A program made the position numbers and the translations under genes. The notes beneath the pieces were generated by a model. It did no database searches. It worked only from the letters and a program-made list of their open reading frames with translations, and was not told the origin of the DNA. A stretch of 64,000 nucleotides of DNA from Botryllus schlosseri. Its lineage: Eukaryota. Positions 49,301 to 63,385 of the stretch are shown piece after piece. How positions within the stretch are numbered: the first letter of the stretch is position 1; each line of letters starts with the position of its first letter. The stretch spans positions 11,098,001-11,162,000 of the forward strand of contig CM119386.1 of assembly GCA_051294905.1 (NCBI GenBank). Direction: 5' to 3'.

Positions 49301-52300
49301 GTATTGAATACAGTAAATTCGTGTCAACTCTATTAGGCTACGAGCAAAACACAAGATCCCTTTTATCGACATCAACACACTCCATTACTTATTGGGTATA
49401 ATCCGAAGAAAATACCTCTTCAAATTTCAACACCTGTCCATATTGTAACAATCATAATAAGATCACACTTACAAATTTCAACATATTCCAATCGAACACG
49501 TAGTCGTACGTGAAGCCTTGTCTGTGAAAGAGATTTCGGAACAACTGACGCAGGTAGGAGTAGTCGGGCTTGTCGTCGAATCGCAACGATCGGCAATAAT
49601 TTAGGTAAGTGGCGAATTCACCTGCGCAAGAATCGTTCGTAAGCATGTGAAGGAAACCACAGATGTTGTGAGAGAAGGTTTAGCCATTGGTCGATGGGGA
49701 ATAACAACGGTCTACGCGGCATGCAATGTTTTTCTCAAATCCAACAGTTTACGTTCATGAATTTTTTTAAATGTGATGAGTTTGAAGTAGGAAGATACGG
49801 CACATTTGCATTGTAAAAAATCGGACTATTATTTCATAAAATACAAGTATTGTAAACACTTGTAATCATGATGGAACATCAATATACACTTCCATACCAT
49901 AGTATAGTATAGCATAGCTTTACTCATTTCAATCAAGTCAGCTCCAAAATTTGAGAGATGTCTTTTACATGGATCATTCAAGAACATTCGATGATATTAT
50001 TAACATAATACACACAACCCACACAAAAATCTTTGCCTATCAGCAGATTCGTGTAGTGTCAGCACACGCAAGGAACCATTTTATCAGATACCACCACAGA
50101 TACACCAACTGACTCCGACGTATATCAATATCAAGCTCAATTTCCAAATTGCACGAGTGAAAATCCATGAATGTTACGTTTATCTTTTGAGCGTCAAAAA
50201 TCTGATAAAAGCTAGGAGTGGTAAGCCACAATTGTGCGGAATAGACTCGGATAGTCCTAGACACCGTATAAAGCATAGAGCGAGCGAATTTAGCTGGAGG
50301 GTTTGGTTACCGTAATTGCAACATGAGAAAAAGTCAGCGAACGACGGCAAAGGTTATCATATCAGAATGATTATCGCGCGGCTAAATCGGGAAACAGGAT
50401 ACGAAATTTGAGCTTGACTTTGGCGATGTAGGAGAAGATATAAAGACGCTTTGCGATACAACAGTCCATGTCGTTAACACACTAGAAGTTAACTAAGTTA
50501 ACTAACGATACACCATGTAATAAGAGCAATTACAACATAATCAGAATAAATCTGGTTTATTGCTGTGATTGTGTTAATAACAAGACTATCGCCAAAAACC
50601 AAATATCTAAACAACCAATACCGTGTCATCAGCCAATATCAGTGACGTCTCAATGCACTAACATTGGTGCTGAGCAGCCACTGCTATATGAAATGGTTCA
50701 ATGTTCATGTGTTTACAGTTATACAAAATTATGAAACTAGTGTTTATCATCAAATGACATCACAGATGGCCACAAGAGGAGGTTTGATTTTTAATACAGG
50801 CGAGACCAAACGCTCCACTGCAGACGGCTGCTTCACGTATTGGTCCGCTAACCCCAGATTTTCACAGAATTGGGTTACAGTTCAAAAATAGACAGATTCC
50901 TAACTGTCAAGAAAGCATAAAATCACAACAGCGGCACTCGACCTAAGGCGACTTCCAAGAAATGTGACACCGCAAAAGTGCACGTCACAACAAGACTGTG
51001 ACTTACACGGGAATCCTTTGCAGAGCAATTCGATCGGGGTTGACATTTTCTTTTCGCTGATCCTCTCGTACTTTTGCCGCTTGGTAGCAGCCTTTAAACC
51101 CTGCCACGGCAGGCTGCCAAGGTTGAAGTACATCATCACGTATCCCAGCGATTCCAAATCGTCCCGTCGACTTTGTTCTGAAATTAAATAATCACATCGT
51201 AGACCCAGGGTTGGCAGTGTATGAATAATAGACTGTACCAGTACTTGTGAGTTCAACATGCTGTGGCAAGGTAGGGTCAAAAAATAGGAAATGATGGTAT
51301 ATTGTAATATCGGTCAAATATAACAGCAAGGTTATGTCTATATTGTCTAAAGAGCATCTAATTCAAACAAGGCTGTGTAAGCATATGAGAATATTTAACC
51401 TGTCAGCCGAGAGATAATGATAATGTATCGACACAATTTTCCAGGAAATCTGATTAAACCCAGCAAAAAATTGAATCTGTCGTATGACGGAAAACAAAAC
51501 ACCAACTCTAGGTTTCACAGGTCAAAAAATATGAGTCATGTTTACATTATTTTGGTGGTAATATTGCGATGTGAGGATGAAAGTTGGGAGAAACTGCATC
51601 GGAGAGAAGACGTCACACAATTCACCATCTACGTCAGCCACACGGGGAAACTGCAGCACAATATTGTTAGAGTGAGATCCACCAATATCCAATAGGATTG
51701 CGGCAGAGTGTGTATAAAGTCATTTTATGGAAACAGACAGCCACCAACAAGCACACAAAACTAGCAAAATTAATGTTTACTGCAGAAAAAGGTTCTCCCC
51801 AAACTGGATTAATGTATAAGTATAACCAATTACAATGGACAAACAATGATTTAACCAGTGATGCTTTCAGGAGTGATTGATCACAATCAGATGAGAAGTC
51901 ATTGCCCCGAGGCATGGTGAGGTAACAAACCATGAACAGAACAGTGTCAAATTTCATTAACCATAATCGAAAACAGATATAAAACCTCTCGAGCATTCGA
52001 GAAGAAATACTTTTGGAATCAGCATTGTTAATAACGAATTCCAAACCTACCAATTCCCAAGTGCGTATTGATTGAGGCGTAACGAGCTGTCCCTGTCAAG
52101 TTCTTGTTCTCCCTGTACGGGATGTGCTGATGTGTCCTGGCGTCCCGGAACTTTTTCGCGAGACCAAAATCGATTATATAGACTAGGTTTCCCTTTTTGC
52201 CAAGACCCATCAGGAAATTGTCGGGCTTGACGTCGCGGTGGATGAAATTTTTGCTGTGGATGTATTCGATTCGGCTTATCTGAAGCAACAGATTGAGATG

Positions 52301-55300
52301 TGAGAGCCTATCCAGATCCAGATAGGAATCCATTGATTTGACATCTGTAGCCTACATCATTAGTGAGGCATACTGCTATTACATGCCAGACATATTACCT
52401 GTAGTAGGCTACCTTGCATAGTTTTGAACACGGAAACATTCTAGGCTAAATCAGGCACGAGACCGTCAAGTAAAAAACGTACAACACAAAAAAATTACCT
52501 ACCACCACTAGTTGCAATTCTGAAGTTTTTCATGAAAATTGATTGGATCTATAGCACGACATATTACAATCAACTTGTGGGAATATATGAGCAATCGACA
52601 GACGGATGTTTGTCGATAACGCCAGGACTTCCCATTAATGTTTAAACAAACACAGCAATCAAAATCTGATAGCTGCATTTACAAACATAGTCTTGACAAA
52701 GTCAACGAGTCCTGAGGAAATATTGGCTTTAATAATGGGGGAATGATGCCAACGTAAATTAGCCAAGCTCTAGAAGGCAGCAATTAAATTGTAATGATGG
52801 GAATCAATAGGTACGTATTAGATAGCATGGGTATGCTTTGTGGAGTTATGTTGCACTGTTGCATAATGATGGACTTGTCCTGATCACAGTACTATCCACT
52901 AATTGATTCAGAGATATTCCAAGTAGGCTAACCTCATGATAATAATGAAACGTGCTTGCTGCCTCAAAAAAAATAGTCACATTCATCGATTCGAGAGACG
53001 GAGTTAAAGTGTACATAACATTGTGATGGGGCTTTTCATGCAATAGAATTCAGGGCCGAAATAAACTGGACAACACGGGTCTAATGACCTGTCAAGTGGA
53101 ATGCCTTTGAAACACAATACCACTAACAAAACACACCTCGTTAATGGTTGGATACCCATTCCTATCACTATCATGGTTGGTGTAATTGCACTGAGCATCT
53201 TACAACCTAGTAAACATAATGACTCCTGACGCAATCAGAGGCTTGACACGCTCAATATATGTTTGATTGACAATTGATTCAACGAAATGGAGCATATTGC
53301 AGAAAGGGACCAGAAAGAAATCAAGCTGATACAAAGCTGTCAATATTTAATGTGCCGTACAAAAATATCGGAAGGTATCGCAAAAACAGCCACGGTGGTC
53401 GGTGATTGCTATACTAAAGCAGGGCATTTGATCACCAAAAGAATATCCCATAAAATCCACAATTGGAAAGGACACCTTCTAATTAGGAAATTGTGAAATT
53501 TTCTCTTGCATGCCGAAATGCTAATAAATCAACGCATAAGAGAACATCTAACATGTATGGATTCTGGAGTAGCAACACACTGTACAGTACCTACCGCCAA
53601 ATTTGATTTATAGAACCAGTGCAAAACCGGTATTAGATGATGCTACTCGTGATACGATTAGATATGAATCCCACCACGGTCAGTTACAGCATATTATAAA
53701 CCACTTGCGGGCATTCGACACCTATACCGTTATAAAACTGAAGTAGTTTCGTGTTCCTACAGTAGATAAATACCACGGGAAAACAAACGGCCTTTCAAAT
53801 AAGGTAGGCAGAGATATATTCAGGAGATTTTCCATTTTAAAATACAGAAAATATTTTGATCAAAAGTGCAGAACACTATTATTTACTTTATTCGAACATC
53901 AGATTGCATTTATGAGTCATGCGTATACGTCATTATAAACAATACTGTACCTATTGTATGAACATGAATCATACCCTGCTGCTTTCAACTGCATCACATA
54001 CACAAATGATTATTATTAACTGGATATTGGTGCATGTACAATGTACTACATTGATAATTAAATCACAGACCAGTATGTACCTACATACAGTGTCCATAAA
54101 ACGTAAAAAGAAGCACGTTTCTCATCATTGGAAAATGAAGTGGTTTATGTTTGGATGATAGGCTTGTTTAAATGTTACGTTAATCTCACTGCTGCGGGCA
54201 TCTGCAGAGGGGTTTGGCTTAAAACATGACGTCAAAGGTGTGACTGCCTTAACCGTAGAAAAGATGCAGCTGAAAATAAGGTCACCGACTCCCACAGATT
54301 GTTGACTACATACAGTCTGGCGACCTGAAATTACATATGCTAACTTACCAACTGATCCGCGAGCAGAAGGACTGTTTTCAGACTGAATTTTCTTGAACAA
54401 AAGTTGAACAAGTCTTCGAGACTTGGTCCTAACAGCTCCATCACGAGTACGTTATAATCACCTTCGGCACCACACCATTTTACCGTTGGGATCCCAACTG
54501 TAATAGTAACAAATCTTATAATCGCAGAACTACAAATTACACGATATGATGCAAATGGTCTACCATTCTACTACATATATGGAAATTCTCAAACTTTACA
54601 GACACAGACGAAATTCCCAAGAGGTTGTCTCATACTTGAGTCAAAATTACCAGTATTATCAATACATGGGCTGCTGCAACTAGAATTACTGTGTCTTTGT
54701 TAGATTATGCCGCAATTCTTGGTCCGCTAGCGATAAGATGTATAGCCAGCACCAGCATTAGCTAGACATTGACTAGCTTGCACGGGCAAAATCACAAAGT
54801 CGCTGCAACAAAGAGCGGGTATATTTTTTGATCAAAAGACATCAAATATTGGTAATTGTTAGGTAGATGAAATTATCACAAACTTGAGATGGAGATGACA
54901 GATTAGCCTTTTGCTGTTGGGATTTAAATTCAATTTAGATCGTGAACACTGGGGCGCAAAATTTGTCAATAAATATAATACCGTACGGAATTTTGTGTGT
55001 AGGCTCTATCTAATGATAATGCACTAACTGTGAGACATCATAAAAACAGCAAATACGCGCTTCTTTTCAATTTGCATACAACTATCAAAACACGAATTCA
55101 ACATGATCATTGCAGCAGCTGCATTCCCAGCAAGTAACAACGTGACTAATTCCATTAGTTTCTAGTTTCTACTTCAGTCACCAAGTCATGACATCAAGGG
55201 ACTGCTAGTTGTGGTATCTCCAAACAACTAGCACTGCTATTCAACCAGCACAATACAATTGTTAGTCACTTGATGACCACCTTTAAAATACAAAGCCGTG

Positions 55301-56891
55301 AGAGAAAATACGTGGCCAGGATAATTGTTACTGTAACATGAGCAGTAAGGTGTTTTTGAGAGGGATAACACTGAATCATTACCCACCCAGTATTCAAGAG
55401 ATTCAGCAGTGCTTCAAGTCTTAGAATGCACTTGTACGATGTACATTTTACAGGTTCTTACAGCTACCGATATCTGTGGGAAACATTGATAGTGATGCTC
55501 AGGTGTTGAATCTTTAATCACTTCATAGCACAGATACAGAATTATTCAACAAAATGCACTACGCCATACGGTGCACTGTGCACACCAATCAATCCCTAAT
55601 CGTAACAGGCTGTCTAGACACGGCCTTTGTTTTCCAACAATATTTATCACATGTACAAATTCACAAGACAAAAAAAGCCCATGCTTTACATGATTTGGCA
55701 TTTACCAAACGGTCTGTAATCAAAATAATTTTTATATCGGTCGAATTCTAGCAATTACAGCAATTGACATACAGCAATGACGATATCCATCATAAATATT
55801 GAATATATATATTGTTACAAGTTGGCATAGATAGCCTACTACTCTGAAATCAGCTTGTTGCTGTACAATACAGTACATTATTGAAATATGACTGCCATCA
55901 CAGTAGACATTTCAACACCACATTTTCACGTTGCCCGGCTTTGGTTTCCTGCTTTCAGCAAAACATTGATATAATTTAGCAAGGCGCCAGGGTGCTGAAC
56001 TGCAGGGTCAGGGGATTGATAGTCGGATTCAATTGTCAATAACTGACTAACGCACCTCCGCCTTGCATCATTTTATAAAATTTGCTTTCTATATGGAGTT
56101 GTGGATGCTTCGTCTTCACACATTCTAACTTAATCGCCACTTCTTCGGCGGTTGATATATTGGTACCTGAAAAAAGAAACAGTTGATCGCCATGCAAACC
56201 GTAAATTCGTTTTTCAACCAATCTACACCTCATTCTTGAAATACAACAAAAATACCCTATTCAGAAAAAAACAGACAGATCACCAATTCACCATGCAGCA
56301 GAATGTCCCCAGAGGCCTAGAAATTCTGATCGAGTTTCCAAGTAATCTAACAGATTCATAATTGCATATTGAATACCCAAACACTAATAGTGGACAATAC
56401 GCTACCTGCTAAAGCGCAATGCAAGGTATGAGCTTATGGAGCTATACTTATGATGTGATATTATTGCCCCCCCCCCCGGTTTAGAACGTTGATGTTTCTA
56501 CAATAAATATTTTCATACAGCTACATGAATATTGAATAACCATCGTCTAGGTGTCATTAACGTTCGGTAAAGACATACGGATATTCGCAGCTGCTGGAAA
56601 CCGTTACACAATAATGTGATCTCACAATAACAAAAACAAATTGAGAGAAACTGATAGATATGCATAAAGGACAGACTGAAGTTATACAACCAAGGTCTGT
56701 CACTATTGGAGACAGGTGTCCCAACCAAAGTCACCAATTGGGATATTAACAGGACCGACATTTCATTCATTTACGACTAGAAATAGTATAGTTGATATCA
56801 AAAAATCCAACCCACCAAGATAAATGTCACCAAACGAGCCGCTGCCAATCTTGCGGCCGAGTCTGTATTTGTTTCCGACGCGTAGCTCCAT
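40354..56891 (-). CDS. CSNK1D/E: Casein kinase 1 delta/epsilon, canonical isoform (~415 aa)
   Basis: Exons (minus strand): 56891-56816 (76 nt, [26 protein letters not shown]), 56166-56056 (111), 54497-54349 (149), 52279-52051 (229, HRDVKPDNF...DFGLAK), 51177-51007 (171), 49621-49473 (149), 47420-47267 (154), 41118-41009 (110, [22 protein letters not shown], like vertebrate [20 protein letters not shown]), and a putative last exon 40452-40354. All are GT-AG and in phase. The last exon is the least certain. Confidence 0.92.
40979..40999. repeat. (CA)n microsatellite immediately inside CK1 intron 8
   Basis: CACACA run a few nt from the exon-8 donor. Confidence 0.9.
41406..42742 (-). CDS. Putative alternative CK1 C-terminal exon B (444 aa, basic, Arg/Ser/Lys-rich)
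   Basis: Long ORF with coding-like GC content inside CK1 intron 7. Acceptor TTATTGCCAG| at 42743 is phase 1, matching the exon-7 donor. Stop at 41406, AATAAA about 100 nt downstream. Confidence 0.7.
43161..43480. mobile_element. hAT (Charlie-like) MITE, 320 bp
   Basis: Ends CAGTGGTTCTTAACC / GGTTATGAATCACTG. TSD CCCTAGGT / CTCTAGGC (6/8, NNCTAGGN-type target). Confidence 0.75.
43481..43560. repeat. 40-bp tandem duplication
   Basis: CTCTAGGCCAAGGTGGGCGTCTGATTAAACACTACTA occurs twice, starting at the right TSD of the MITE. Confidence 0.95.
43670..44184 (-). CDS. Putative alternative CK1 C-terminal exon A (170 aa)
   Basis: ORF with coding-like GC content in CK1 intron 7. A long (CT)n polypyrimidine tract precedes CATCCAG| at 44185. 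Phase 1, matching exon 7. Stop at 43670. Confidence 0.62.
44305..44881. mobile_element. Foldback element, family P2 (P/Galileo-like), 577 bp
   Basis: Arms ~44305-44560 and ~44625-44881 are reverse complements. Ends TATAGATAAC / GTTATCTATA. 7-bp direct repeat GTAAAAC at 44298-44304 and 44882-44888. Confidence 0.82.
45250..45378. repeat. Short imperfect hairpin (MITE-like)
   Basis: ~50-bp arms (ATTGAAATAAACCAAATATTTTCGGCTG / CAGCCGAAAATATTCGGGTTTATTTCAAAAT). No TSD recognised. Confidence 0.7.
47657..48155. mobile_element. Degenerate CAGAGGTGGTC-family hAT MITE in CK1 intron 6
   Basis: Ends CAGAGATGGTCA / TGACCACCTCTG. AAGTAGAAGT repeats. TSD not preserved. Confidence 0.65.
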
Positions 56892-57284
56892 CTCAGAAAT
56901 TATTTAGAAGATGCAAAACTAAAATATGCAACTATAATCACTCCATGCATTAATCTCGATTCGAATTTTTCTGAAAAATATATTTCCGTATTTAACAACA
57001 TGTCCTAGATGCAGACAGTATCATGTTGTCGACTCCTATGGATTGCATCAGCTACCATATTCCAATGACAGGACATATAGCGATACTGGAAAATGCAAGG
57101 TCAAGAAGAGAAATCACATATTTTCAGATTAGTGCTCCTCGTAACACTACAAAAGACATAGGCCTACCGCAGTAACATTACAATCCTAGCTACAAAATCT
57201 AATTAAAAGTTGAACGATATAAAGAGGCTACGTGCTTCCATGTGACAAGCTACTTGCTTCCAAGTGATAGTGTCACAAACTCTT

Positions 57285-57340
57285 CCAACACAACAAAATT
57301 TAAATATGCGATCCAACACAACAAAATTTAAATATGCGAT
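57285..57340. repeat. 28-bp tandem duplication
   Basis: CCAACACAACAAAATTTAAATATGCGAT occurs twice. Confidence 0.95.
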
Positions 57341-60300
57341 CTTTGTGTGTATTCACATCAAACTGACAATAATACCAAGCATGTTTTGACACCTGCCTCT
57401 ATCTAATGATACCTTCACAAATAAAAATGGTGGTACAAATAAAAACTGCTATAAACTGATATTTTATGACGCAGGAAGTTTCACACAGATTATTGTCAAC
57501 TCCTCTGCTACTGGGCAAGCATTGGTTTTCAAAAAATAGGAAATATACCTGAAAGCAGCCACCTGGACAGTGAGCTCTATGCTGCAAAAGTGCAGATTTC
57601 AACTAAAATATATCCTCTTAAACTCTAAAACCAGAATTAAAAATAACAGAAGCTATTCTAATTTACTGCACTCGTTCATACCTTGATTGAATGAAAGAGC
57701 TCACCTATCACCAAGATGTACACTTCAATGTTGCAATAATGTTTCACACAAGGAACCATGAACGACAAGCAGCATGGGCCTTGAACAACAAAGTTCCACC
57801 ACAAAGAGAGGCCGACTAACAAAAGCATTTTGGTCATGATCTCAAAAGATAGTCAACTCACACCACACCTTATGTTGAAAGGAAATATGCCGGTGTATTA
57901 TTCATGTCCTGCCTTGATATAGATTTGTCATGTTAACTTAAATGTTTTCAAAACATGGTATAGCTAACATTAATATATTCTACGCAGTACGCAGCATCAT
58001 ATAATTTGATACAATATGAGAATGATAGGAAACCAGCATAGTTGAAAGCTGAAAGGATTGAACACTCAAACAACATGTTTGGACAACCGAGTTCCTAGAA
58101 TCACCCACACAGGCTTAGGTCAGAGAGAGTGTAATCAAAATTGAAGGCCCGTCAAAACAAAAGCATTGTTCTAAGCAGTGAGACAATCACATTTATACAA
58201 TTCAAAGGAACGCAACACTTACTCCTAAATGAAGGATCTGGGATAAATTATCGAGCAAATTCATTCAATACGGTAATGACTTTTAGTACTGCCGTAGTCT
58301 AATATAGATCGAGCATAACCAGTGAAAAGAGGAAATAGTTTTTTCCGTAATGTAGGAAATATGAGCTTGGATGATTGCGTTATGTGATAGATATAACGTA
58401 GAACACATGAGCTTGCATCACATGTACATTGTCAAAGTATCTGCATGGTACACAGACAAAAATAAACTGTCTCCTATCCTTCCACCACTAGGAATCAGAG
58501 CTACAAACATGCAAGAAATATCAGAATTTACCCACACCCACACGGCAAGCAGGTTCCAGAAAAATCCTACGAAAACTTCAGCGTGTCAAACACCACACTG
58601 CAAGCAGATTTCAAATACAAGTATCCCAGGACTTGTTATAGCACAATACATTATTGTATATCAAGCTAGAAACATATAAAATGCTATAATATCTTATATC
58701 AATGTCTCCGGCATCGGATAACTCATGAGTAAGCAGTCAATTTCCAGATGTTGCATAATCCAAGTATGTGCAATGATTAAGAACTAGCAAGTTTTAAGTA
58801 ACCAAGCCAATCAAAGACAACCATGACATGATATAATGACATGAGTTGTAACGGCCATAAAATAAAAGTCAATGCAATCACACAAACTGCAGTGCAAGTC
58901 AAACTATCAGCCATGTTGTGTAACTAGACTCCTTCCAATTCAACCGTTATTGATAACAAACTTTAAGATCTCAACAACCAAAGAATAACAATTCCTTCAA
59001 ACAATCAATAAGTTGAATATTCAATTGGATATGTCAATATATACGTGTAACAAAGCAGACTGAGCAAACAACTCAGCAGTTACTTAAATAGCAAATTTTA
59101 CTTCTGATGACACCTTTTCAGGCTGCTCGAGTGAATGATTATGAAGGCACATTCTGGATAGCAATAGAGATTTATACATTGATTTTAAGATCAGGATTAA
59201 TAATATTATAAATGACGTAGCCGTAAAATCAATTTCATTTACACATAACCCAAATTATATCCGTGAAAAACGCGGGGATAATCTCCCGACTCAAGCATTG
59301 TAAAGCTAGACAGTCATACGGAACTTAAGAGCACTCTATAAGAGTAATAAGACCAAGAGTGTTGTTGTTTATCAACAGTCCAATTCGCTCTGTCAGGAGT
59401 GTAGCAGTGAATTACAAAAACACTTCTACATCACCAGCAAAGTCGCCAATTTACCATTAAAATACATTTGGTTGGAAACATAGCAGATTCATAATAGCAC
59501 ATTACAATACAGAACAAGGTATACCAAAGTGCATGGAGCTATGCTTAAGATGCCACTCCAAATAAAAGCATGCATGTGATAGCCGAATTGCAATTACGAA
59601 ACAACTACTTATCATCTACTGTGTCATTTCCGACCCTGTGATATTATATATCAAAATACTGTAGCTAATCGAATTAAATGGGTTATTAAGTGTTTCAAAT
59701 TTGAATAAAACTATCATTCCAACTTGTTCCTCAATGAGGAAGGAAACAAACCAACATATTCCGTCATTTCTACATCGTTGCAACACGAAAGAGTTAATTG
59801 GCATGAATCAGCGACCACTACTTGTCCTTGGAAGAGTGATGTTAAATGACCCGAAAGTATGTCATGGTGGACTCAAATCATTGTTGAATTCAAATTAAGT
59901 TTCCAAGAACATCTTCGTAGCACGAATGCGCCAGTTAAAGGTGTTCATTTCAGTCTAGCTCAAGTAGCTTATTTGACCAATTTCATTACCAGAAAATACT
60001 TTCAATGAATTTTCCAAGTGTTATTTCTATACAGATATATACTTGTCTTTTTTTTGATAATTAGTAAGCCTACATTATATTTGAATAGTAGGTTCTGGTT
60101 CTCAAGAACAGATACAAAAGACTACCGTAAGCCCCTGTGGAATCTCGGTTCAATTTTTGAAATAAATCCTGTGTGATGAGAGCTTTTCTACACAGAATAA
60201 TTAATTACTTAAACAGAAAGTTCTGTGTGATGTTGCCACCAATTCCACTCTGGACCGTAAGTACTTGGTCCGTCTGTTTTTTATTGAAAAGGTAGAAACA

Positions 60301-61174
60301 AGCCAATTTTATATTTTCATTGGTGGAATTTTCAGCTGAACCGATGAAGACGTATCCACACAACAGCCCAAGGCAGAAAGGCCCCAAGCCATGGGCGTGA
60401 GTGACGAATATCAGCGAACTACGTATAGGCCTACCTGCATCTTCTAACTTGTATCGCGTAAAATTTTTAGTATAAAGATCGGTAAGAATATATCAATCTT
60501 TCAACTTTGGTACAGCATCCAGATTTAAGGAAAGTAGTCCCGTACCATACCCACTAAACATTGAACTATTGAGTGTTTGTCCTGTACACGTACTTACAAC
60601 GGTATCAGTAGCATCGAATACTCTCTTGTTGGAAACAAGCGAGCTAATCATATGATATAATCAGTACCGTACTCGACATAATATCTATATTCAACATTGA
60701 TAGATACACAACAGAAATCCACAAATACCCTGTTCCATGGAAGAGCCAAAGTTCAAAGATTCTGAAACAACCCACATGAAAAGAAAACCTGGCCAACTGA
60801 TGCCAAGCCAGGACAAGCGAGATGCCGGTACGCGAGGTTGCGAGGCCTTAAAAACCTTTGTTGGTTGGGGTGTGTTGCTAACCAGCTGATAGCATGGTGG
60901 AGCTAGAGTTCAAACCGGCGTTGTGCTCGCTGTTGTGGGGCTTCCGTGACTTATGAAACCGAAAACCTTTCGGTGACTCTTGTTTGGTAGTATTTCCTTC
61001 CCATCGTCGTCGTATTTTACCTGCATTTTACGTGTATCCGATATCTTGTGTACTTTCATTTATTCTTGACGCGAGACTCGAGTTGAAAGACGCTTTTCTA
61101 CTCCATCGATGCAGCTGACTGGATGATCCGCGGGATCATATCAATACATCTTGTATTTTATTTTCGAATGCAAT

Positions 61175-63281
61175 GGGGCTGTTCCACTTCATTTTGAACA
61201 CGCGGTGGCGACAAAGGTAACTCGACCCAAATCTGTTTCGTTGCTATATACTTTACTATGGAACTGGGCTAAACATCGTCCTAATTTCGTCTCTTGACGT
61301 ACAACGAGGATGGTGAAAGTATCCATATCAACTTATATCATCCATATGGATATCAAATAGCTGTTAGATGACGAAATGATGCTATTTCTTGGCGTCTTGT
61401 CCTCGTGATGGAAGTGCTGAAATTATGATTCTATCGTTATCACCAACTGCAATCGTTCTATCATTATCATTTTCGCCATTTAGCGCCCAATACTACACCA
61501 GGTTGGACTGGGTTCAACACAAACCCGCTCTAGATATATTATTACCTTAACCAAATAGCTGTCTGGTTGATAGACTTAATGTCCTTCCAATACCTTCCTA
61601 TTCTTCAATCTCATCACTATCTGTTGGCTTTTTAAATGATAAAATACTAATAATACCAACTAGATCTCATCCTTTCTGATGATTGACAATTGAACAGGGT
61701 ACCAGTAGTATTGTAGCAGTTATAATACTAATAATACCAACTATAGATCTCATCCTCTCTGATCATTGACAATTAAAGGATGTACCAGTTGTATTGTTAC
61801 CGTTATTTTGTTGAATAAAATGGAACGGTTATAAACTGAAGTAGCAAAGCGTATATAGTCTATAAAGCAAAGGTTCTGGAATATTTTTTTGCCCGACCCG
61901 AAAATAAATAGTATGGTAAGCACATAAACATTGGATTATAACATTCTAAGCAACGGATTTATGCAGGCTCATTATTACACATTAACATAATTCTTAGGAA
62001 GAAGGAATGTCAACCTGCTATTTGAGAAACCCATGTATGGGACTGAGACAAAAAGCAAAATACTATGGTGTAAACCAAATTAATACAAATAGCATTACCA
62101 TATCCAAGAATTGTAAAACACAAATATGAGCTTGTGAGCCTTGGTCATTTTTGATCATCGAGTTTGTACTTGAAAATCTTGAAGGTTGTAGCAAAGTTCG
62201 TTGTGCTACCAACATAATAGGTATCAGATAATCAGATACGTATAATAAGAGTCCATGTAGTGAGCAACCGACAATAGTCCTGTTTTGTTGAAGTACCGGT
62301 AATATGAGATAGTTGTCTTACAACTAAGCCTGATTGCCAAGTCTTTCAGTTGGAAGTACACAAATGACGCCATGCTTTCAATATCCGACAGTGCTGAGTG
62401 TTCAGGATTTAAAATTGGAATGATGGTTGCTTTACACTATCAACTATAGAGTATGCTTCTTTCAATAACGGGTGAATCTCTGTAGATTCAGCTATCCCCT
62501 TTTCCGAATTGTTGAATTGTCAGAACAAGATGCCGTGACTTTTGACTTGTACGGTCAATTCTTTTGCAACAGCTTTTGACACTGACGTCTCTTCTGCAAC
62601 CTCTTTCATTGAGAACAGAATAGATGAGGCTGCCTTGACTGAACATTCATGTTCATCAGCTTCATTGTAATTCAAGCGCATGATTTTTATATGTTGTAGG
62701 ACCTCACAGCAGCAAATGTACAATGTACATTGTACATAGCATAATTTTCCACAACACACAACACTCATGGGGGTACTGATTTACTGCAGCCGAAGCAGGA
62801 TAAATCATGCTGGTGAAATGATATTCTGCAGACTACTTTTCCAGGAGAGGACCAGGCATCAATACCTCTTCTTCGTAAACGGAACCCATCCTCCCGATAA
62901 CTTTTTGTTTCTAATTCATGCATCTTCTGCGATCAAATGACCGTCATCCTTACACAATGAGGCATATAACACTTGCCATATCAACGACTCTCGGAAAATT
63001 TACAGCAATGTACCGGTAAGCTGCAACCTGCCAGGTGCCAATGTCCAGCACGAGGACAAGACGCCAGGAAATAGCCTCATTTTCGTCGGCTAACAGTTAT
63101 TTGATATCCATATGGTGATTTATATTGATATGGATACTTTCACCATCCTCGTTGTACGCCAAGAGACGAAATTCGGTCCATGTTTAGTCCATTCCCATAG
63201 TAAAGCATATAGCAACAAAACAGATTTGGGTCGAGTTACCTTTGTCGCCACCGCGTGTTCAAAATGAAGTGGAACAGCCCC
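61175..63281 (-). mobile_element. ISL2EU-like (PIF/Harbinger-related) DNA transposon with a decayed THAP transposase
   Basis: ~195-bp TIRs beginning GGGGCTGTTCCACTTC (61175-~61368, ~63090-63281). AT dinucleotide on both flanks. Broken minus-strand peptides: MPHCV (62965), W..PGKVVC/EYHF (THAP-like) and DLAIRLSCKTTISYYRYF (HTH-like, ~62300-62345). Confidence 0.75.
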
Positions 63282-63385
63282 ATTCTACTCGATAAAGCTG
63301 TCTCGTATTTTTCAATGTCGAACTTCTGAGAAATATTGTCTCACATTCATTCAGTGTGCATGCCTCCTCTTTACATCGCCGGGGC

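Noticed and set aside
60130-60252. Shared segment with 23308-23430 appeared to show synonymous-only changes (QSGIGGNITQN...), suggesting a conserved exon
   Set aside because: Each copy has a stop in that frame, and several differences are CG->TG/CA, i.e. CpG decay of a repeat rather than purifying selection.
60866-60930. Second tRNA/SINE-like head (GAGTTCAAACC)
   Set aside because: Only a B-box-like motif. The A box and boundaries cannot be supported.
61022-61140. Possible CK1 5'-UTR exon (minus-strand CAG|GTAAAA donor)
   Set aside because: A single donor-like motif is insufficient without transcript data.
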